From: Candidatus Eiseniibacteriota bacterium
GTDB lineage: Bacteria > Eisenbacteria > RBG-16-71-46
Reading direction: 5' to 3'
DNA length: 64,000 nucleotides
Assembly: GCA_020847735.1 (NCBI GenBank)
Contig: JADLBL010000023.1
Span: forward strand, 144,495 to 208,494
The notes beneath the pieces are model-generated. The model saw only the letters and a list, made by a program, of their open reading frames with translations, did not search any database and was not told the DNA's origin. Positions 1-10,023 of the stretch are shown here, one piece after another. The position numbers were made by a program, and so were the translations under genes. How positions within the stretch are numbered: the first letter of the stretch is position 1; each line of letters opens with the position of its first letter.

Positions 1-34
1 GGCTCACGCACACCGGAACGACGGGAGGCGGATC

Positions 35-1387
35 GTGAGGCGCGCCTGGCTTTTCCTTGCGGCGGCCGCCTGGCTGGCGGCGCCGGCCACGAACGAGGCC
101 GCGGTCCCCGCCGGCGCCGACTCCGCGCCGGCGCCCGCGCTCGGCTTCGCCGAGGCGGTCGCGCTGGCCGCGCGGCAGAACGCCAGCGTCCAGGTCGCGC
201 AACTGCGCGTCGGCGAGGCGAACGCGCGTGTCGCCCAGTCACGGGCGGCGTTCCTGCCGTCGGTGACGGCGCAGGCGACCATGACCGACCGCACGTTCAA
301 CCTCAACGCGCTCGGCATGGCGATTCCCGGCTTTCCCAGGCTGGCCGATCCGCTGATCGGCCCGGTATGGGAATCCGAGGCGCGCATCCGGGTGACGCAG
401 ACCGTGCTGGACCTGTCCTCATGGCAGAAGCTGCGCGGCGCGCGGCTCGGCGCCCTCGCCGCGCGCGCCGACCAGGCCGGCTCGGCCGAGACCGCGGCGC
501 AGGCGGCCGGCCTGGCGTACCTGAGGGCGGCGCGCGCGGCGGCGCTCGTCCACGCCCGCGACGAGGATCTGACCCTCGCCCGCGATCTGCAGACGCTGGC
601 CGAGGCCCAGCTCGAGGCGGGCACCTCGCCCAATATTGACGCCACGCGTGCGCGCACGCAGGTCGCCGTCTCGCGCGGCGCCGTGCTGATGGCGCGCAAC
701 GCCTCCGATCGTGCGCGCATCGAGCTCGCGCGCGTGCTCGGGCTCGATCCCGCGTCGCCGCCGGCGCTCGCCGACACCCTGAGCGAGGCGCTGGGCGCGA
801 GCGCTGCTCCCGGCGAAACGGACGCCGCGGTGGCCTTCGCGCTCGCCAACCGCGAGGAGGTGCGCGGCGAGCAGGCGCGCGCCGACCGCGCGCGCGCCGA
901 CCGCAGCGCCACGCTGCTCGAGCGCCTGCCGCGCCTCGACGTGTCCGGCGACTGGGGCAGCAGCGGCGAGCACTACGGGGACGCGATCGCGACCCGCACC
1001 TACGCGGCCGCGCTCACCCTGCCGATCGTGGACGGCCTGCGCCGCGAGGGCCGGCTCAGGGAGCAGGGCGAGCTGCTGCGCGAGTCGCTCGTGCGCGAGA
1101 AGGACCTGCGCGACCAGATCACCGCCGAGACGAGCGGCGCGCTGCTCGACCTGTCGTCGGGCCTCGAGCAGCTCGGCGTCGCCGCCGAACAACTGCGGCT
1201 CGCCGAGGAGGAGGTCGCCCAGTCCCGCGAGCGGTTCACGAGCGGGATCGCCGGCAACATCGAAGTCATCGAAGCCCAGGCCTCGCTGCTGCGCGCGCGC
1301 GACGCCGACATCAACGCCCGCTTCGCCGTCGCCAGCGCCCGTGTCGCGCTGGCGCGCGCGGCCGGCGTCGCGCGCGGCATGCGCTGA
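35..1387 (+). CDS. Outer membrane efflux protein (TolC/OprM-family OMF), first gene of a tripartite efflux operon
   Basis: 450-aa ORF with N-terminal signal peptide (MRRAWLFLAAAAWLAAPA) and the two-repeat coiled-coil-rich OMF layout. GTG start is preceded by GGGAGG. An HlyD-family MFP and a DHA2 MFS pump follow on the same strand. Confidence 0.8.
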   Translation: MRRAWLFLAAAAWLAAPATNEAAVPAGADSAPAPALGFAEAVALAARQNASVQVAQLRVGEANARVAQSRAAFLPSVTAQATMTDRTFNLNALGMAIPGFPRLADPLIGPVWESEARIRVTQTVLDLSSWQKLRGARLGALAARADQAGSAETAAQAAGLAYLRAARAAALVHARDEDLTLARDLQTLAEAQLEAGTSPNIDATRARTQVAVSRGAVLMARNASDRARIELARVLGLDPASPPALADTLSEALGASAAPGETDAAVAFALANREEVRGEQARADRARADRSATLLERLPRLDVSGDWGSSGEHYGDAIATRTYAAALTLPIVDGLRREGRLREQGELLRESLVREKDLRDQITAETSGALLDLSSGLEQLGVAAEQLRLAEEEVAQSRERFTSGIAGNIEVIEAQASLLRARDADINARFAVASARVALARAAGVARGMR

Positions 1388-1421
1388 GACGCCCACGAAA
1401 TCGAGGAGAGGACCGAACCCC

Positions 1422-2492
1422 ATGAGTGCATCCGTCGAGAACCCCGAGTTGTCCGGGACGCCGGCCGAGGCCGAAGCGGCGCCGGCGCGTCGCCGCCTGC
1501 CGGTGGCGCCGATCGTCTTCGCGGTCGTGCTGGTGATCGGAGGCGGCATCGGCGTGCAGCGCTGGCTGTGGTCGCGCGGGCACGTCGAAACCGACAACGC
1601 GCAGATCGAGGGCAGCGTGGTGCCGGCCATCGCGCGGGTGGGCGGCTACGTCACCGAGGTGCCCGTGGTCGAGAACCAGCGTGTCCGGGCCGGTGACCTG
1701 CTCGTGCTGCTCGACGATCGCGAGTCGCGCACGAAGCTCGCGCAGGCCGAGGCCGAGCTCGCGCTGGCGCTCGCCAATGCGGGCGAGCGGGGGCGTGTCG
1801 GCATGGCGCAGGCGCAGCTCGAGGCGGCGCGCGCGCAGGTCGTGCAGGCGCAGGCGAACGCGGGCAAGACCGCCGAGGACGCGCGCCGCTACACCGGCCT
1901 GGCCGGGCGCGGGATCGTCAGCCCGCAGCAGCTCGACGCGGCGAAAGCCGCCGCCGAGGCGGCGGGAGCCACGCTGACCGCCGCGAGGAAGCAGGTGCTG
2001 GCGGCCGAGGCCGCGCTGGCCGGCTCGGACGCGCGCCTGCGCGCCGCGCGCGCGGCGCGCGATCAGGCGGCGCTGCAGTTGTCCTACACGCGCGTCACCG
2101 CCCCGGTGTCGGGCGTCGTGAGCCGCAAGAACGTGGATCCCGGCCAGTACCTGCAGGCGGGCCAGTCCACGATGGCGGTCGTCGAGCTCGATTCCATTTA
2201 CGTCGTCGCGAACCTGAAGGAGACTTCGATCGCCAACGTCCGCGTCGGCGACGACGTCCGGGTGGACGTGGACGCCTATCCGGGCCATCCGTTCAAGGGG
2301 CACGTCGAGAGCCTCAGCCCGGCGACCGGCGCGACCTTCTCGCTGCTGCCGCCCGACAACGCGACCGGCAACTTCACCAAGGTCGTCCAGCACGTTCCGG
2401 CGCGCATTCGCGTGGACGGCCCGGCCGACCCGCAGCGGCCGCTGCGGCCCGGCATGAGCGTGAACGTCACCATCACGACGCGCGCCCGCTGA
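1422..2492 (+). CDS. emrA: EmrA-like membrane fusion protein (HlyD family secretion protein)
   Basis: ATG at 1422 with GAGGAGAG RBS 10 nt upstream. One N-terminal TM segment (PIVFAVVLVIGGGIGV), a long coiled-coil (QAEAELALALANAGE...) and a C-terminal beta-barrel/lipoyl region typical of EmrA/HlyD. The upstream 27 codons of the listed ORF are low-complexity. Confidence 0.85.
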   Translation: MSASVENPELSGTPAEAEAAPARRRLPVAPIVFAVVLVIGGGIGVQRWLWSRGHVETDNAQIEGSVVPAIARVGGYVTEVPVVENQRVRAGDLLVLLDDRESRTKLAQAEAELALALANAGERGRVGMAQAQLEAARAQVVQAQANAGKTAEDARRYTGLAGRGIVSPQQLDAAKAAAEAAGATLTAARKQVLAAEAALAGSDARLRAARAARDQAALQLSYTRVTAPVSGVVSRKNVDPGQYLQAGQSTMAVVELDSIYVVANLKETSIANVRVGDDVRVDVDAYPGHPFKGHVESLSPATGATFSLLPPDNATGNFTKVVQHVPARIRVDGPADPQRPLRPGMSVNVTITTRAR

Positions 2493-2493
2493 C

Positions 2494-4083
2494 GTGTCCG
2501 CCTCAACGGTCGCGGCCCTGCACGCATTGCCGCGCGACGACGAGTCGTACCGCAACCGCTGGATCATCGCGGTCACGGTGACGCTCGCCTCCATCCTCGA
2601 GATCCTCGACACGAGCATCGTCAACGTCGCGATCCCGCACATGATGGGCTCGCTCGGGGCGACGCTCGACCAGATCGCCTGGGTGTCCACGGGCTACATC
2701 GTCGCGAACGTCATCGTCCTGCCGATCACCGGCTGGCTGTCGGCCGCCTTCGGGCGCCGCCGCTATTTCGCGGGCTCGATGAGCCTGTTCATCTTCGCCT
2801 CCTTCATGTGCGGCAACTCGCACTCGCTCGGCGAACTGGTGCTGTGGCGGATCGTGCAGGGCGTGGGCGGCGGCGCGCTGCTCTCGACCTCGCAGGCGAT
2901 CCTCTACGAGGTCTTTCCGGCGAGCGAGTACGGGCAGGCGATGGCGATCTTCGGCGTCGGCGTGATGGTCGGGCCGACCCTCGGGCCGACGCTGGGCGGC
3001 TACATCACCGACACGTTCTCGTGGCCGTGGATCTTCTACATCAACCTGCCGATCGGCGGTCTCGGGCTGATGATGGCGCTGGCCTACGTGCGCGACTCGC
3101 GCTTCGCGCAGAAGGTGGGGGACACCGACTGGCTGGGGCTCGCGCTGCTCGCGATCGGTGTCGGCTCGCTCCAGCTCATGCTCGAGCGCGGGGAGCGGCT
3201 CGACTGGTTCGCCTCGCGCCAGGTGGTCGCGTTCGCGATCCTCGCCGTGACGGGGCTGACTACTTTCATCTGGCACGAGCTGACGACCGCGCACCCGATC
3301 ATTGACCTGCGCATCTTCGCGAACCGCCAGTTCGCCACCGGCGCGGTCCTCGGGCTCGTCCTCGGCGTGTGCCTGTACGCGACCGTGTTCGTCCTGCCGG
3401 TCTACCTGCAGACGCTCCAGCACTTCAGCGCCAACCAGACCGGCCTCGTGATCCTGCCCGGCGCCATCGCCAGCGCGGTGACCATGGCGGTCATGGCGCG
3501 CCGCATCGATCGGCAGGACGGCCGCATCGTCGCGGCCTGCGGCGCGGCGCTGTTCGCGGTGGCGATGCTCCTGTGGTCGCGCTTCACCACGATCAGCGGC
3601 TACGACGACTTCTGGTGGCCTTTGATCCTGCGCGGCGTCGCGCTCGGGCTGGTGTTCATTCCGCTGAACAACCTCGCGATGCTCGAGCTGCCGCTGGCGA
3701 GGATCGCCCCCGCGACCGGCCTGTACAACCTCATGCGCCAGCTCGGCGGCAGCATCGGCATCGCGCTGTCGGCGTCATTGGTCGCGCGTTTCAGCGCCGA
3801 GAGCCGTGCGGGCCTCGCCGAGAAGCTCTCGATGTACAACCCGGTCACCGCCGACCGCATCGAGGGCGTGACGGGCTGGCTGCGCTCGCACGGCGACATC
3901 GAGCCGGTCGCCCGCGCCAAGGCGGTCGGCATGCTCGAAGGCGCGGTCCAGCGGCAGGCGCTGATGCTGGCGTTCGAAAAGATCTTCCTGCTGTTCGGGC
4001 TGCTGTTCCTGATCTCGATCCCGTTGATCATGACCCTGCGCTGGCGGCGCGGGCAGGTGCGCGGCGGGGCGGACGTGCATTGA
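2494..4083 (+). CDS. emrB: DHA2-family MFS drug efflux transporter (EmrB/QacA type, 14 TMS)
   Basis: 529 aa and highly hydrophobic, with MFS signature regions (GWLSAAFGRRRYF, ...GPTLGPTLGGYI...). Start lies 2 nt after the emrA stop, suggesting translational coupling. Confidence 0.9.
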   Translation: MSASTVAALHALPRDDESYRNRWIIAVTVTLASILEILDTSIVNVAIPHMMGSLGATLDQIAWVSTGYIVANVIVLPITGWLSAAFGRRRYFAGSMSLFIFASFMCGNSHSLGELVLWRIVQGVGGGALLSTSQAILYEVFPASEYGQAMAIFGVGVMVGPTLGPTLGGYITDTFSWPWIFYINLPIGGLGLMMALAYVRDSRFAQKVGDTDWLGLALLAIGVGSLQLMLERGERLDWFASRQVVAFAILAVTGLTTFIWHELTTAHPIIDLRIFANRQFATGAVLGLVLGVCLYATVFVLPVYLQTLQHFSANQTGLVILPGAIASAVTMAVMARRIDRQDGRIVAACGAALFAVAMLLWSRFTTISGYDDFWWPLILRGVALGLVFIPLNNLAMLELPLARIAPATGLYNLMRQLGGSIGIALSASLVARFSAESRAGLAEKLSMYNPVTADRIEGVTGWLRSHGDIEPVARAKAVGMLEGAVQRQALMLAFEKIFLLFGLLFLISIPLIMTLRWRRGQVRGGADVH

Positions 4084-4147
4084 GCCCGCGTCCGGCACGC
4101 TGCTATCCTGCGCGTGCATCGCACCCGCGCCGCGGAGGCCATCCGTC

Positions 4148-4498
4148 GTGAACCGAAACGCCGCCCACATCGCCTTCATCGTCGCCGCCGTCGTGCTGCT
4201 CGCCGGGATCGGCACCTGGCTCGTGCGCGAGGTCGGAACGCTGCCCGGGGCGAAGCCGCTGGCGAGCCGTGCGAACCAGCGCATCGTCACGCTCGAGGTG
4301 AACGGCATGACCTGCGCGGCCTGCGAGGCCAGCATCCGCGCCGAGCTCGAGGACACCCCCGGCGTCGCGACCTGCGAGGTGCGGCGCGGGCAGCGGCGCG
4401 CCTACGTGGTGGTGGACGCGAAGACGGCGGATTCGACGCTGGTCGCCTCGGTGCGCCGCGCCGGCGGCGGCTTCCGCGCGGAGGTCGTGGGCAAGTAG
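4148..4498 (+). CDS. Membrane-anchored heavy-metal-associated (HMA) domain protein, CopZ/MerP-like metallochaperone
   Basis: GTG start with GGAGG RBS. One N-terminal TM helix followed by an HMA fold carrying the GMTCAAC metal-binding motif (MxCxxC). Confidence 0.75.
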   Translation: MNRNAAHIAFIVAAVVLLAGIGTWLVREVGTLPGAKPLASRANQRIVTLEVNGMTCAACEASIRAELEDTPGVATCEVRRGQRRAYVVVDAKTADSTLVASVRRAGGGFRAEVVGK

Positions 4499-4526
4499 CC
4501 GGCGATCCGTGCCGCGCGAAGGACGC

Positions 4527-5738
4527 CTACGGCGCCAGCGGCCGCGCGAACAGGCTGTCCCAGGTCGCCAGGCTCGGCTTGGGCGTGAGCGCGCTGTCCA
4601 CGAATCCGATCGAGGCGAACAGCCGCAGCGACGGGTCCACCGTGCCGGGCCACTGCGAGAGCGCGAGGTCCGCGAACTCCAGGCCGTACCAGCCGATCGC
4701 GCGGGCCGCGTCGAGCAGTTGCGCCTGGCGGCGGACCCAGCGCGCCTGTTCCGCGGCCGAAGTGACGTAGGTCGCGTACGACTGCGTCGGCCAGCCGCCC
4801 TCGACGACCATGACGGGCCGGGCGGCGTCGGTGGCGATGCGCGAGAAGTAATCGAGCGGGATCTCCTCCGGCTCGGCGAAGCCGCCGAGGTAGGGGTACG
4901 AGGAGAGCCCCAGCACCTGCGAGAACGGGAAGTCGGCGAGGTCGGTGGCGATGCCGACGTAGGCGCCGCCGCCTCCGAGGCGCCCCCACGCGGTCTCGAC
5001 CTGCACGCTGCTGTAGAGCACCGGCCTCGGCAGCGAGGGCCGGCGCGAGTGCATCGCCGAGAGCGACTCGGCGGTCGAGCGCGCGAGCGTGCCGAGCGCC
5101 GCGTAGAGCGAGGGCGGCGCGGCGAGACGCACGAGGTTCGTCTCGCACGCGAGCCCGAGCCAGTCGGGGTGCACGATGGTGTCGATCGCGGCCGCCCAGG
5201 CGCGGTAGGCGGCCTGCACCTGCGGTTCGGAAATGCTGCGCCCGAGGCGCACGAGCGCCGGATCCTCGGCGCCGCGGTTCAGGCCGTTGGTGGGGTCGAT
5301 CTCGTAGACGATCTTGAGACCCTTGCCGAGCCGGTAGTAGCGCATGAGCGGCAGCTCGAGCCGGCGCACGATGGTGTCGGCCGGCATGCCGGCGAGCAGC
5401 GAGTCCCACGGCACCGAAGCGTGCTGAATGGCCGTGTCCGCGCGCCGCGACCACAGGTCAATGGTGGCGATCGCGACGGCTTCGTCGGGCACAGGGGGAA
5501 TGCCCGCGAAGCCCATCGCCCACGAACGCGCCGGACCCGAAGCGGGTGGCGCGCTCGGCGACTTCGAGCAGCCGGGCGCGAGGAGCGCGGCCAGCGCCGC
5601 GACCAGCAGCGACGCCAGCGTGGCGCGCGGCCGGACCGCGCGCTTCGCGCTCGTGTTCGTCGGCTCCAAGCAGGACGGACGGAACATGACCCGCAGGGTA
5701 TCGGCTCCGGGTTCGGGCCGCATGAGCGCCCGGCGCAC
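4527..5738 (-). CDS. Lipoprotein of unknown function, possibly a TIM-barrel glycoside-hydrolase-like fold
   Basis: Lipoprotein signal with lipobox (LLAPGCSKS). Segments such as VMVVEGGWPT are reminiscent of GH5/GH26-type nucleophile regions, but I cannot assign a family. The true start may be the internal M (MFRPS...), about 51 nt downstream of the listed start. Confidence 0.5.
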   Translation of the reverse strand: MRRALMRPEPGADTLRVMFRPSCLEPTNTSAKRAVRPRATLASLLVAALAALLAPGCSKSPSAPPASGPARSWAMGFAGIPPVPDEAVAIATIDLWSRRADTAIQHASVPWDSLLAGMPADTIVRRLELPLMRYYRLGKGLKIVYEIDPTNGLNRGAEDPALVRLGRSISEPQVQAAYRAWAAAIDTIVHPDWLGLACETNLVRLAAPPSLYAALGTLARSTAESLSAMHSRRPSLPRPVLYSSVQVETAWGRLGGGGAYVGIATDLADFPFSQVLGLSSYPYLGGFAEPEEIPLDYFSRIATDAARPVMVVEGGWPTQSYATYVTSAAEQARWVRRQAQLLDAARAIGWYGLEFADLALSQWPGTVDPSLRLFASIGFVDSALTPKPSLATWDSLFARPLAP

Positions 5739-5806
5739 GGGGAAGGCCGCCGGGGCGGCGGGCGGCGTGGCCGCGCCCGCGCGGCGCGGTGTATCTTGCG
5801 CCCGCC

Positions 5807-8194
5807 ATGAGCCCCAACGACTTCAAGGGCGCGGCCTTCGCGGGCGCGGCGGCGCTCGCGCCGGGCGCCGCGCACCTGCCCGTCGCCGCCGGCCGCGAAG
5901 GCTGCATCGAGCTGCTCGCCCACCGCCTGCGCGACTGGCCGGGCGTGCTCGCCATCGAAGCGGACTTCCGCCAGAGCACGCTCACCGTGCGCTACGAGCC
6001 GCGCGAGGTTTCGCCCGAACAGCTGAACTCGTTCGCGGACGACGTGGGCGCGCTGTTCGCCCAGCGCGTCACGGCGTGCGAGAAGCGCGAGTCGCTCGAG
6101 GCGTGCGCGGAGTGCGCCCTGCGCTTCGGGCATCTCTCGGGCGAGGACCACGCGCGCTATCGCGCCGTCGCCACGCCCGGGCGCGTGGGACTGTCCCGCC
6201 GCGACGCCGAGGGGGACGGCGTCGAGGTGGTGCGGCCGCTCGCGGGAGCGAAGCCGTGGGGCGCGCCGCTCTCGCAGCAGGAGGAGATGCGTCGCGCGCG
6301 CGGCCGGGCCATGGCCGTTCTGACCGGCGTGTGCCTGACCAGCCTGCTGGCCGGCATCGCGGCCGAGCGGCTGCTCCCGCCCGGGAACCCCGGGTCGCAG
6401 GCGCTCTATCACGTCGCGGCCGTGACCGGCGGCTGGTTCGCCGCGCGCAGCACCTTCGCGGCCCTTCGCCGGCTCGAGTTCGACGTCAACCTGCTGATGA
6501 TCCTGTCGGCCGCGGGCGCGGCAGCGATCGGCTACGTGTTCGAGGCCGCGGTCCTGATGTTCCTGTTCTCGCTCAGCAACACGCTCGAGGTCTACACGAT
6601 GGGGCGCACGCGCAGCGCCCTGCGCGCGCTGCTCAAGCTGCGCCCCGCCCGCGCGCTGGTGCGCCGCGAGGGCCGCGAGATCGAGGTCGAAGCCGAGGCC
6701 GTGCAGGTCGGCGAGACCGTGATCGTGAAACCCGGCGAAGCCTTCCCCGTGGACGGCAGCGTCACGCTCGGAACGTCGCTCGCGGACCAGAGCAGCCTGA
6801 CCGGCGAGTCCATGCCGGTCGCGAAGAACCCGGGCGACAAGGTCTTCGCGGGCACGCTCAACCAGCTCGGGGCGCTCGAGCTGATGGCCACGCGCGTCGC
6901 CGCGAACAGCGCGATCGCGCGCATTGTCGCGCTCGTGCAGGAGGCGCAGAAGCAGAAGTCGAAGACCGAGGAAGCCGCCGAGTGGGTGGGCCGCTACTAC
7001 ACGATCGCGGTCATGGCCGGCGCGGCGCTCATGCTGTTCCTTCCGCCGCTGCTGCTGGGCGAGCCGTGGCGCGCGTCGGTGTACCGCGCGATGACGCTGC
7101 TGGTCGTCGCCTCGCCGTGCGCGCTGGTGATCGCCACCCCGGCCACGATCCTGTCGGCGATCGCGAACGCCGCCCGCAACGGCATCCTGTTCAAGGGCGG
7201 CCGCAGCATCGAGGCGCTCGGCCGCGTGCGGGTGGTGGCGTTCGACAAGACGGGCACGCTGACGCGCGGGCGTTTCGAGGTGACGGACGTCGTCGCGCTG
7301 GGCGGCGCGGGCGAGCGGGAGCTGCTGGCGGTAGCCGCCGCCGCCGAGAAGCGCTCGCCGCACCCGCTGGCGCAGGCGGTGGTGCGCGCCGCGGAGTCGC
7401 GCGGCATCGCGTTCGAGCCCGCGCAGCAGATGGTGAACCATCCCGGCAAGGGCCTGGTCGCGTCCCGGGACGGCCGGACGACCGAGGTCGGGACGCCCGA
7501 GCTGTTCGACTCGCTCGGCATCGGGATTCCGCCCGAGGCGATCGAACGCGCGCGGGCGCTGGCCGCCGACGCCAAGACCGCGATGCTCGTGCATCGCCAG
7601 GGGTCGTGGGGCGTGATCGCGGCGGCCGACGAGCAGCGGCCGGCGGCGGCCGCGGTCGTGAAGAACCTGCGCGGACTCGGCATCGCGCACGTCGCCATGC
7701 TCTCGGGCGACAACGCCCGGACCGTCGAGGCGGTCGCCGAGCGCACCGGCGTGGACGAGCGCTTCGGCCAGCTGCTGCCCGAAGGCAAGGTCCGTGTGAT
7801 CGCCGAGCTCGAGCAGCGGCACGGTCCGGTCGCGATGCTCGGCGACGGTGTGAACGACGCGCCGGCGCTGGCGCGCGCCACCGTCGGGGTGGCGATGGGC
7901 GGCATCGGCAGCGACGTCGCCATGGAAAGCGCCGACGTCGTGCTCATGGCCGACGACCTGACCGCGCTACCCTACGCGCTGCGGCTCGCGCAGCGCGCCA
8001 ACCGGGTCGTCCTGCAGAACCTGGTGATCGCCACGGGGGTCATGCTGGCGCTGGTGGTGTGGGTGTTCGCCGGCCAGCACCTGCCGATGGGCCAGCTCAA
8101 GCTGCCGGTCGCGGTGTCGGGGCACGAGGGCAGCACGGTGGTCGTCATCCTGAACGGCCTGCGGCTGCTCGCCGGGCGGCGCGCGGGAGCGTGA
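5807..8194 (+). CDS. Heavy-metal translocating P1B-type ATPase, P1B-4 subgroup (Co/Zn/Cd/Fe type)
   Basis: P-type ATPase motifs DKTGTLT, the SPC transmembrane motif (VVASPCALVIATP), a C-terminal HEGSTVVVILNGLRLL (HEGxT) and GDGVNDAPAL. SPC plus HEGxT is the P1B-4 signature. An N-terminal extension of about 170 aa carries a CEKRESLEACAEC cluster. An alternative GTG start lies at 5789. Confidence 0.85.
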   Translation: MSPNDFKGAAFAGAAALAPGAAHLPVAAGREGCIELLAHRLRDWPGVLAIEADFRQSTLTVRYEPREVSPEQLNSFADDVGALFAQRVTACEKRESLEACAECALRFGHLSGEDHARYRAVATPGRVGLSRRDAEGDGVEVVRPLAGAKPWGAPLSQQEEMRRARGRAMAVLTGVCLTSLLAGIAAERLLPPGNPGSQALYHVAAVTGGWFAARSTFAALRRLEFDVNLLMILSAAGAAAIGYVFEAAVLMFLFSLSNTLEVYTMGRTRSALRALLKLRPARALVRREGREIEVEAEAVQVGETVIVKPGEAFPVDGSVTLGTSLADQSSLTGESMPVAKNPGDKVFAGTLNQLGALELMATRVAANSAIARIVALVQEAQKQKSKTEEAAEWVGRYYTIAVMAGAALMLFLPPLLLGEPWRASVYRAMTLLVVASPCALVIATPATILSAIANAARNGILFKGGRSIEALGRVRVVAFDKTGTLTRGRFEVTDVVALGGAGERELLAVAAAAEKRSPHPLAQAVVRAAESRGIAFEPAQQMVNHPGKGLVASRDGRTTEVGTPELFDSLGIGIPPEAIERARALAADAKTAMLVHRQGSWGVIAAADEQRPAAAAVVKNLRGLGIAHVAMLSGDNARTVEAVAERTGVDERFGQLLPEGKVRVIAELEQRHGPVAMLGDGVNDAPALARATVGVAMGGIGSDVAMESADVVLMADDLTALPYALRLAQRANRVVLQNLVIATGVMLALVVWVFAGQHLPMGQLKLPVAVSGHEGSTVVVILNGLRLLAGRRAGA

Positions 8195-8239
8195 GCCTGC
8201 CGGAGTCCGCGCTCCGGCCTTCGCCGGCGCGCCCCGCGC

Positions 8240-8878
8240 TCACTTGAGCAGCGTCACCACCACGTTGTCGTAGTAGGCGGTGAACTTGCCGACGCCGCCG
8301 GTGTACGCGGCGAGCGCGATGCGGCCGTTGGGACGGCGCGCGTCGGAGCGCTGAATCCTGAGATCGCCGTTCACGTACACGCGGAAGCGGTCGCCCTTCG
8401 CCTCGATCCGCACGTGGCTCCAGGTGGCGTTCGCGTTGGTGACCCTCGCCCTGCCGACCGGCCACTCGCGGATGTGGGCGACGATGTCCTGGTAGCCGCC
8501 GCCGCGCAGGTCCACCGCGAAGCCGGCGGTGCCGAGCACCCGGATGGCCCCGCCCTTGTCCACGCCGCGCATGCCGCAGACGTCGAAGTCGAGGGCGTAG
8601 TCGCGCCATTCCTCGCTGCCCGCGAACAGGAAGGATCGCGCCTGCTTCCTGTCGGGCAGGTCGGCCCGCAGCATGTGGCGCCACGCCGACCAGGCGGTCA
8701 CCGAGTCCGGCGCCCATTTGCCGAGCCCGCCCGAGAAGTCGTCGGAGAACAGCACGCTGTCCGCCGGCAGCGCGAACGGCGGCGGCGAGGGCGGCAGGGC
8801 GAATCGGGTCGGGTCGTCCGCCCCCGTCAGCAGCAACGCGAGCGCCGGCACCGCGATCCTTGCGAGGGCGGAGCGCAT
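8240..8878 (-). CDS. Secreted DUF1080 / 3-keto-disaccharide-hydrolase-like (concanavalin-A-like jelly-roll) protein
   Basis: Signal peptide (MRSALARIAVPALALLL), then a pattern typical of DUF1080/LamG-like domains (W..YALDFDV, WSHVRIEAKGDRFRVYVNGDL, GRIALAAYTGG...YDNVVV). Confidence 0.55.
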   Translation of the reverse strand: MRSALARIAVPALALLLTGADDPTRFALPPSPPPFALPADSVLFSDDFSGGLGKWAPDSVTAWSAWRHMLRADLPDRKQARSFLFAGSEEWRDYALDFDVCGMRGVDKGGAIRVLGTAGFAVDLRGGGYQDIVAHIREWPVGRARVTNANATWSHVRIEAKGDRFRVYVNGDLRIQRSDARRPNGRIALAAYTGGVGKFTAYYDNVVVTLLK

Positions 8879-9065
8879 CGCCTGCTACTAGAGCGCGTCA
8901 CGCGGCGGGACGCAAGCGAAAGGAAGGCGTCGTCCGACCGGCGGCCGCTTCGCCGCCCGGCCGGTGGTCCCTTCGCTGCTCGAACGCGGTCAGAAGGGTG
9001 CTCCCTGACCCTCTCCGCGGGCCGCATTGCCGCGCCTGCGCCCGGCGTGTAGCCTTTCCGACCTC

Positions 9066-9986
9066 ATGGGACGCAAGCGACGCAACATCGGCATCATCGG
9101 AGTGCCCATTGACCTCGGCGCGGGCCGCCGCGGCGTGGACATGGGCCCTTCCGCCATCCGCATCGGCGACCTCGAGAAGCGGCTCGAGGACCTCGGCCAC
9201 AAGGTCGTGGACTACGGCGACCTCGACGTCATGATCCCCGAGACCCAGAAAGTCGGCACCGGCCGGCTGCGCTACAAGCAGCCGATCCTCGCGGCGTGCA
9301 CCGGACTGATGAAGTCGGTGGACCGCTGCCTGGAAGAGGGCCGCATGCCGCTGGTGCTGGGCGGGGATCACAGCATCGCCATCGGCTCCGTGGCCGGCTC
9401 GACCAACTGGTACGCGCGCCGCGACGAGTCCATCGGCCTCATCTGGTTCGACGCACACGGCGACGCGAACACGCCCGAGACGACGCCGAGCGGCAACATC
9501 CACGGCATGGCGCTGGCGGTCTCGCTCGGCTTCGGAGACCAGGAGCTGGTGCATCTCGGCGGCCGCGCGCCGAAGGTGCAGACCCGCAACGCCGTGCTCA
9601 TCGGCATCCGCGACCTCGACCCGGGCGAGCGCGACTTCCTCAAGAAGAGCGGCGTCACCTGCTACACGATGCGCGACCTCGACGAGCGCGGGATGCGCGA
9701 CGTGCTCGACGAGGCGATCCGCCTGGCGAGCGACGGCACGGCGGGCATCCACCTGTCGTTCGACCTCGACGTCGTGGACCCCGAGGACGCGCCCGGCACG
9801 GGCACGCCCGTCTGGGGCGGCATCAGCTACCGCGAGGCGCACCTGGCCATGGAGATGTTCGCCGACCGCGCCAACATCGTGGCCATGGACCTGGTCGAGG
9901 TGAACCCGGTGCTCGACACCCAGAACATGACCGGGGTGCTCGCCGCCGAACTGGCACAGAGCGCGCTGGGCAAGACGATCCTGTAG
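9066..9986 (+). CDS. rocF: Arginase (ureohydrolase family)
   Basis: Arginase/agmatinase family motifs GGDHSIAIG, DAHGDANTP and SFDLDVVDP, which are the Mn-binding residues. ATG at 9066 (MGRKRRNIGIIG). Confidence 0.85.
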   Translation: MGRKRRNIGIIGVPIDLGAGRRGVDMGPSAIRIGDLEKRLEDLGHKVVDYGDLDVMIPETQKVGTGRLRYKQPILAACTGLMKSVDRCLEEGRMPLVLGGDHSIAIGSVAGSTNWYARRDESIGLIWFDAHGDANTPETTPSGNIHGMALAVSLGFGDQELVHLGGRAPKVQTRNAVLIGIRDLDPGERDFLKKSGVTCYTMRDLDERGMRDVLDEAIRLASDGTAGIHLSFDLDVVDPEDAPGTGTPVWGGISYREAHLAMEMFADRANIVAMDLVEVNPVLDTQNMTGVLAAELAQSALGKTIL

Positions 9987-10023
9987 CGTGGCGCGGGCGG
10001 CGCGCCCGCGGCGGCCCCGCGAT

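Noticed and set aside
419-2690. Long minus-strand ORFs (419..1630, 1311..2690) overlapping the tolC-like and emrA genes
   Set aside because: Translations are Arg/Ala/Gly-rich low complexity with no motifs. The plus-strand frames encode recognisable OMF and HlyD proteins.
5279-8247. 847-aa minus ORF (5279..7822) and 939-aa plus ORF (5428..8247) overlapping the P1B ATPase
   Set aside because: Shadow ORFs in a GC-rich region. The ATPase frame carries DKTGTLT, SPC and GDGVNDAPAL.
8879-9065. Candidate regulator binding site in the divergent spacer between the DUF1080 gene and arginase
   Set aside because: No convincing palindrome or repeat was noticed on reading. It is left unannotated.
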